DNA from: Eledone cirrhosa
Lineage: Eukaryota
Reading direction: 5' to 3'
Length of the DNA stretch: 64,000 nt
Assembly (NCBI GenBank): GCA_964016885.1
Contig: OZ024761.1
Location: 8,432,001 to 8,496,000 of the forward strand
The position numbers and the translations under genes are program-made. Below are positions 56,701-64,000 of the stretch, piece by piece. Under the pieces are notes generated by a model. That model saw nothing but the letters and a program-made list of their open reading frames with translations, was not told the DNA's origin and did no database searches. Numbering within the stretch: position 1 is the stretch's first letter; the number at the start of each line of letters is the position of its first letter.

Positions 56701-56755
56701 GGGTGCCAGTAATGGCTGTCGGTATGACACCTGGTCTGGTGTCAGCGGCGGCCAC
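53715..56755 (-). pseudogene. CR1-group ORF2 (APE + RT) with one frameshift near 56470
   Basis: LLNVRGL…TETHL…RSDR..R…GVALY in one frame, continuing as REDV…YRPP…GDFN…YADD in another. Confidence 0.88.
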
Positions 56756-56975
56756 TCTGGGTCCCTTAACTGCGGTGGTCTCGAGTGCTGGTGTGGATGA
56801 CCCTGGCTCTGGAGACGATGCAGCCAGGTCAGCTGTCCCACAATCTTCTCTGCCATCACTAAAAAATTTTTCTGATCTGCTGCTGCCATCTGTATCTCGT
56901 CGGCATGTGCGTGCCTTCTCCTTGTTGGTGCAGCACGCGCGACATCAGCATACTTCTGGAGCGGCTTATTTCGGC

Positions 56976-57614
56976 TTAGGCTGGGGCATGTTGCGCGAGT
57001 ATGATGGGCATAGTTCGTTGAGACCTAGGGTGGGCGAATCTGCATTCCATCCCTGTCTCTCCATGCCAGCATGTCCCGTTCTTGAAAAACTTGCACATTA
57101 CTTGGGGTTTTTTGCTCCCAGTGTCTCGGTGCTTTCTGTTCTTTCTTTGAACAGTTGTCCACTGGTCCCTCTGCGCTTGGTTCTCCTTCGGAAGGTGATT
57201 TCGCTTTTCACCTTTGCCCTTAGCTTGTTGATTGCCCGGCCTGCCCTCCCTGCCTGTAGCGGAGGGTATATCATTTTCTTTCAGGTCCGTGCTTGTGCTC
57301 TCCTCCTTTTCTTTTTCTTCTTCCTTTTCCCTCTCCTTCTCCTCATCCCTCCCTTCGGTTTTCTCCTCCCTGAGGACACGGCTTAGCATCGCCATATGAG
57401 GCGCTATGAGGACATACGCCTTCTCAATTTCTTTTCTCTTTCTCTCTATCTGTACCAGGGTCCTCAGAAACCCATGGCTCTTCAGGTTCTCCGCCATCTT
57501 TTTGCTTGGTGGAGACCCATCAGCCATAGTCCACCCCTTGATCAAAACCGCTAGTTCCATCTTCGACCAGTTTCGTTGACTCCTGATGTCACATTTTTCC
57601 TGCATGCAGTCCAT
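56976..57614 (-). CDS. LINE ORF1 with charged/coiled-coil region and CCCH zinc finger
   Basis: CKFFKNGTCWHGETGMECRFAHP; E/K-rich tract; lies directly upstream of ORF2. Confidence 0.7.
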   Translation of the reverse strand: MDCMQEKCDIRSQRNWSKMELAVLIKGWTMADGSPPSKKMAENLKSHGFLRTLVQIERKRKEIEKAYVLIAPHMAMLSRVLREEKTEGRDEEKEREKEEEKEKEESTSTDLKENDIPSATGREGRPGNQQAKGKGEKRNHLPKENQAQRDQWTTVQRKNRKHRDTGSKKPQVMCKFFKNGTCWHGETGMECRFAHPRSQRTMPIILAQHAPA

Positions 57615-58649
57615 TTCGCTGTGGAGGGGAGAAAGAGAGACAGTGGGAAGTGTAGGGTAGGGGTTAGAGAGGGACAGAGTGAGGGAGGGAGATAGAGATA
57701 TAACTCCAGCGAGAGAAAAAGAAAGAGAAACAGAAGAAAAGAAAAGAAAAGGGGGAGACAGAAGAGGCGAGCGAGAGAGATAGCAGGAAGAGTGGGGGGG
57801 GGAGGTCAGAGGGAGAGAGAGGAGATAGATAGAGAGAGAGAGAGAGAGAGCTCGTTGATCTAGAGAGAGGGAGAAAGAGAGCTCGTTGATCGAGAGAGAG
57901 AGAGAGAGAGATAGAGAGAGGAAGGAAGGAAGGAGAGAGATAGAGACAGCGTGAGCAACAGCAGTTCATAAATATAAAAATAAATAAATTTTTAAGTTTA
58001 AATTAATGAATGGAAGAAACCGGAAACATAGAGATATAGAAACATGATGTAAGTTGTATATATAAGGTGGATGTAAATGTTTGTTTACAAATATACGAAG
58101 TTATTGTAATATCAGCATATCATACAAGAAACAACGAGATCGGGTCAAATACAGATAAGATTATACCAAATCAAACAAGATTATATCAAATTAAATTATG
58201 TTACTCAGAAAAATCAAAATTAATACAAGATCTGCTTAAGTTAAACCAAAATCAAAATTAATACAAGATCTGCTTAAGTTAAACCAAAATGCTCTGTATG
58301 GTAGACAAACAAAAATAGAAAGCACGTGTGTGTGTTGTCTCCTATGAAGGAATCATACAGTGAAAATAAACATGTTCAAAACGGTAATATATGTAAAATA
58401 TACTTCAAAATAATTGCGTCAAAGCACAAAAACTTATCTTTTTTGTATGTTTTCCTTGTCCTCTGAAGAATTAAAACCATACATAAATCCGATTACTGTC
58501 GATTTAAAATATTAAAATTTCAAGTCCGGAGAGACGACAATTCACGTCTTATACCAACAAGTGCCATATATGTATATTCATATTCCATATATATATATAC
58601 ATATATATACGTATACATATACATATATACACATATACATATACATATA

Positions 58650-61600
58650 TAACTTTGAATAACTTTGAAATGTTTTGGCCAGTATTGGCCCAGGCCATGT
58701 CTAACTTAATAGCACCACCTGGCGAAGTCTTTCAATTCAGGATTTGGGCACCATGGCCCATTCGAGAAGAGAATTACTGTTTGCGGAGACATATCCGGGT
58801 GTGGGTGGTTTGTCCGGGATTACTTGGAGGAATTTGTCCAAAGACTTCTTGAATTTTGTGTGGTCAGTTTCTGTTTTGACGTGTCCTGGTGTGATGTTGA
58901 AGAGAGCAGGGCCGATTGAGGTGAAATAATTGTGCCGTATTGTTGTTATGAGTTGCGATTTAGATTTTTGAATGGGACGGATAGCACGGGGCCCAAGCCT
59001 TGGGTGTATCTTGAAGGCGATGCCAACATCATTTGGGCAGTGATGATGGAACATTTTCCACATCATGCAGATAATATAACGCTCACGGCGACGTTGGAGT
59101 GAGTAAAGTTTCAGGTTTTCCAATCGACCCCAGTAGTCAAGGTCTGACATGCCATCTATCTTTTTCGTGATTACCCTTTGAGGAGCTTCAAGTTTCATGA
59201 TACTTTGTTTCGTGTGGGGAGACCACAGTGGACAACAGTATTCAAGGTGTGGTCGGGCGAAAGTAGAGAAGAGAAGGATAATGGTGCGGGAATCTCTCGA
59301 CTGGAAGGTTCTGAGGATCCAGGAACACATTCTGCGGGCCATGTCAACTTTGCTGCTTATATGCGTGGTCCAGCTTATGTTGCTGTCCACGGTTACTCCC
59401 AAGTCTCTGATGTTGTTAGATGCCACGAGAGTTTCCCCGGAGGGAAGGGAGTACGGGAGTTTCAGAGCATCCTCTTTTCCAAAGTGGATCAGTTCGAATT
59501 TGTCTTCGTTCAGTAACATGTTGTTCTTTTCTGCCCATTGGGTAACAGCCAGTAGGTCTGACTGAAGGCTTATCCGGTCATCCACGCCATTGATGACCTT
59601 TTGGAGCTTGGAATCATCAGCGAAAATTTTAATGTTGCTGTGTTTGATGATGTCAGTGATGTCATTAATATAGATGATGAAGAGAAGTGGGCCCAACACA
59701 GTGCCTTGTGGGACTCCACTACTGACTTTGGCTGGGCTTGATTTGACTCCCTCAACTACAACATGTTGGGTTCTGTTTGACAGGAAGCTCTTGATCCACT
59801 GCAGCAGCTTTCCAGTGACACCAATATTGGACAGCTTTCTCAGTAGAATGTTATGATCAACCCTGTCAAAGGCCTTGCTGAAATCAAGGTAGATAACATC
59901 AGTGTTGGAACCCTCTCCCAAGGCTCTCAAAATGTCATCAAAGTGATGCAGTAGTTGCGTCAGGCAATCCCTTCCATTACGGAATCCATGCTGGTTGGAG
60001 TTCAGCATATTGTTACTCTCAAGGAAGTGGGTCATTCGCGATCTCACCACTCGCTCAAATACCTTAATGATATGAGAGGTGAGTGAGATTGGACGGTAAT
60101 TCACGGCAAGGGATTTGTTTCCCTTTTTGAAAACTGGGACAACAGACTGGGATAGAAGGTTTTCTGGCACATATCCAGCATCCAGTGAGTTCCGCCACAG
60201 ATTGGCAAGAGGAGAAGCAAGTTGGTGTTGACACGCCTTCAAGACACAAGCAGGGAACCTATCGGGACCTACTGCTGAATTATGCTTGATTTCCTTTATT
60301 GCCGCCAAGACATCAGGGGCGCCAAACGTTATGTCCGATAAGGTGTAATGGGGAGTAACATCGCCGATACAGCCCAGATCGGCCATATCAGGATTGCTGA
60401 AAACAGAGCAGTATTGTTTCTGCAGTATCTCACCCATGGTTTTAGCATTGTCTTGAAGAGTGCCATTTTCATCAATTAGAGGGCCAACAGTAGAGCCAGT
60501 GATTTTGTGTTTTTTTGCAAATGAAAAGAACACTTTGGGATTGAGTTTGATCTTCTCAATGGCCCAGGCCTCTTCAGCTCTTCTCTGATTGTTGATGAGG
60601 GACATTATGTTGTTTTGGAGGTTATGTTTTTTAATCTCTAGTGATGAAATGGCAGTCAAGTTGATGTGTTGCTGCTGACAGTATTTCAGATTGTTGATTT
60701 TTTTGTTCGTTCTCTTAATTTTTCTGATGAGCGTTTTTCTATTTCTAGGGATTCTGCTCTTAGATTTGTTTATAGTTCTTAATGGGGTGTGTTTAGCACA
60801 TATGTTTGTAACAGTGTCCACAAATGTCTGCCAGGACTTTTTGATGTTAGTGGGTGTATGAGTGTGCGTGAAGGACCAGTCGACATGTGCAAGATCATGA
60901 CTGATCGCTTCCCAGTTTGCATTGTGGAAATCCATAGCGTCAAACGGATGGACAGGAGAAATGACATTGGGTTTGTATATTGGACGGTGGAATCTCAGAT
61001 CACAGAGAACCATGTCATGATCAGAGAGTAGAGTTTTCTCCACTGCAATATTGTGGATATTGTCAGTGTGATTGCTGAAAATTAAGTCTAGGACGTTTTT
61101 GTGGCACCTCGTTGGTTCGAGCACTAGTTGGGATAGGAAGAAATCATCCATGAAGTCAAGAAGCGATTCCACAGCTTCCCTGTCAGAGGTTGAGGCAGAA
61201 GAACCTGGTGGCAGGGTGTTTGTGGACCAGTCAACTCCGGGGAGGTTGAAGTCCCCCATCATTAAGATGTTGTCAGGGTGACACTCTTGGATGAAACACT
61301 TTATGCTGTTGAGGCATTCCTTGAAGCATGGTACAGGCGTTTGGGGTGGCCTATAGAGCCCAACTACTAATAGGTTGTTGGTTTGACTGAATACAGTGAC
61401 TGCCTCACAGTATCCATTAGTGAATATGTTCATAGCCTCTGTTGAGAAAGAATTATGGACATAAATGGCAGTTCCGCCCTTTCTTCTGCCAGCGCGATCA
61501 GCACGGATGGCTTTGAAATTTTTCACTTTCACCTCGGCTTCCAAGTGGAGGTTACTGAGATGGGTTTCAGTGAGGACGAAGAAAGGGATGTGGTTTGGAT

Positions 61601-61925
61601 GGACATCAATCCAGTCCTCCAGGAATTTGATCTTCCATTTTTGAGTATTGGTGGAAGGGCTGATGCCTTGGGCGTTAAGCAAAAATGTAGAGGCGAGAGT
61701 GGATGGTTTTAATTGTTTTGGTGTGTTGTTAATTTGTTTGTTTGTTAATGGCAGCAATGGGAGTTTGTGCAGTGGGGTGATAGTGGAGGGTGGTGCTGGG
61801 TGATAGCTCGAATGTTTTTTTCCAGTTCTTTTGCCAGATTCATTATGGCTAAAAAAGAGGAAGAAGTTTCCTGTTTAGAAGACTGTTGGTGACTGTGGTA
61901 GTGGTTATTTTTATGTAGGTTATAT
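58650..61925 (-). mobile_element. CR1-group LINE with intact ORF2, truncated within ORF1
   Basis: ORF 58737-61757; tail ttcaaagttattcaaagtta; flanked by TA arrays. Confidence 0.93.
58737..61757 (-). CDS. CR1-group ORF2: APE endonuclease + reverse transcriptase (1006 aa; TTG start in the track)
   Basis: [34 protein letters not shown]. Confidence 0.92.
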   Translation of the reverse strand: MLPLTNKQINNTPKQLKPSTLASTFLLNAQGISPSTNTQKWKIKFLEDWIDVHPNHIPFFVLTETHLSNLHLEAEVKVKNFKAIRADRAGRRKGGTAIYVHNSFSTEAMNIFTNGYCEAVTVFSQTNNLLVVGLYRPPQTPVPCFKECLNSIKCFIQECHPDNILMMGDFNLPGVDWSTNTLPPGSSASTSDREAVESLLDFMDDFFLSQLVLEPTRCHKNVLDLIFSNHTDNIHNIAVEKTLLSDHDMVLCDLRFHRPIYKPNVISPVHPFDAMDFHNANWEAISHDLAHVDWSFTHTHTPTNIKKSWQTFVDTVTNICAKHTPLRTINKSKSRIPRNRKTLIRKIKRTNKKINNLKYCQQQHINLTAISSLEIKKHNLQNNIMSLINNQRRAEEAWAIEKIKLNPKVFFSFAKKHKITGSTVGPLIDENGTLQDNAKTMGEILQKQYCSVFSNPDMADLGCIGDVTPHYTLSDITFGAPDVLAAIKEIKHNSAVGPDRFPACVLKACQHQLASPLANLWRNSLDAGYVPENLLSQSVVPVFKKGNKSLAVNYRPISLTSHIIKVFERVVRSRMTHFLESNNMLNSNQHGFRNGRDCLTQLLHHFDDILRALGEGSNTDVIYLDFSKAFDRVDHNILLRKLSNIGVTGKLLQWIKSFLSNRTQHVVVEGVKSSPAKVSSGVPQGTVLGPLLFIIYINDITDIIKHSNIKIFADDSKLQKVINGVDDRISLQSDLLAVTQWAEKNNMLLNEDKFELIHFGKEDALKLPYSLPSGETLVASNNIRDLGVTVDSNISWTTHISSKVDMARRMCSWILRTFQSRDSRTIILLFSTFARPHLEYCCPLWSPHTKQSIMKLEAPQRVITKKIDGMSDLDYWGRLENLKLYSLQRRRERYIICMMWKMFHHHCPNDVGIAFKIHPRLGPRAIRPIQKSKSQLITTIRHNYFTSIGPALFNITPGHVKTETDHTKFKKSLDKFLQVIPDKPPTPGYVSANSNSLLEWAMVPKS

Positions 61926-63693
<1,768 letters not shown>

Positions 63694-64000
63694 GTAGGAG
63701 GTGAGTTTTATTGTAGTACAATAAAGCAATGCAGATATCGGATAAGAAGCACTCTACAGTTTGTGGGACTGGAGTATGCATAATATAAGATCAATATATA
63801 CATATATACATTTTTGACATTTTGAGTATTCATCCGCAATCATTATTATTTTTTCTCTCTATCATAAATCTTTTTAATCTCAATTTCATCCTTAATTTAT
63901 TATTATTTTTTTCTCCCCATCAACGAACTCATTATTAATACATATGAATTCAATATACAAACTTTAACTTCACATTATTTTTCTCAAATCCTTCTACACA

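Larger units (their letters stand above)
53648..58560 (-). mobile_element. Near full-length CR1-group LINE (5' UTR, ORF1, frameshifted ORF2)
   Basis: ORF1 56976-57614; APE N-terminus 56470-56755; rest of ORF2 53715-56470; 3' tail …gctgaaacaggtaaaagag. The 5' boundary is approximate. Confidence 0.88.

Overview
Eukaryotic, repeat-saturated genomic DNA. The SINE types and kilobase-scale (TA)n/(TACA)n arrays suggest an octopod cephalopod; this is inference, not a database result. The only host gene is the 3' part of a CYP4-clan cytochrome P450 on the + strand: 9 phase-consistent GT-AG exons from 4311 to the stop at 28367, with the 5' exons upstream of the window. The rest is mobile DNA: a Tx1/L1-type LINE whose Gag-like and EN-RT regions form one open frame, RTE LINEs (one intact 1039-aa ORF with a PHD-like finger inside the RT), CR1-group LINEs, R4/Dong-type fragments, a Penelope-like (GIY-YIG) element, two tRNA-derived SINE families, hAT and piggyBac-type MITEs, and Helitron-like ends. 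Two hidden patterns stand out. First, about seven complete or interrupted minimal hammerhead-ribozyme motifs, plus half-motifs inside fold-back palindromes; some are in sense orientation in P450 introns. Second, several minisatellites are traceable to internal segments of transposons that are also present as single copies in the window. Most long ORFs in the supplied track over TA arrays are artefacts.
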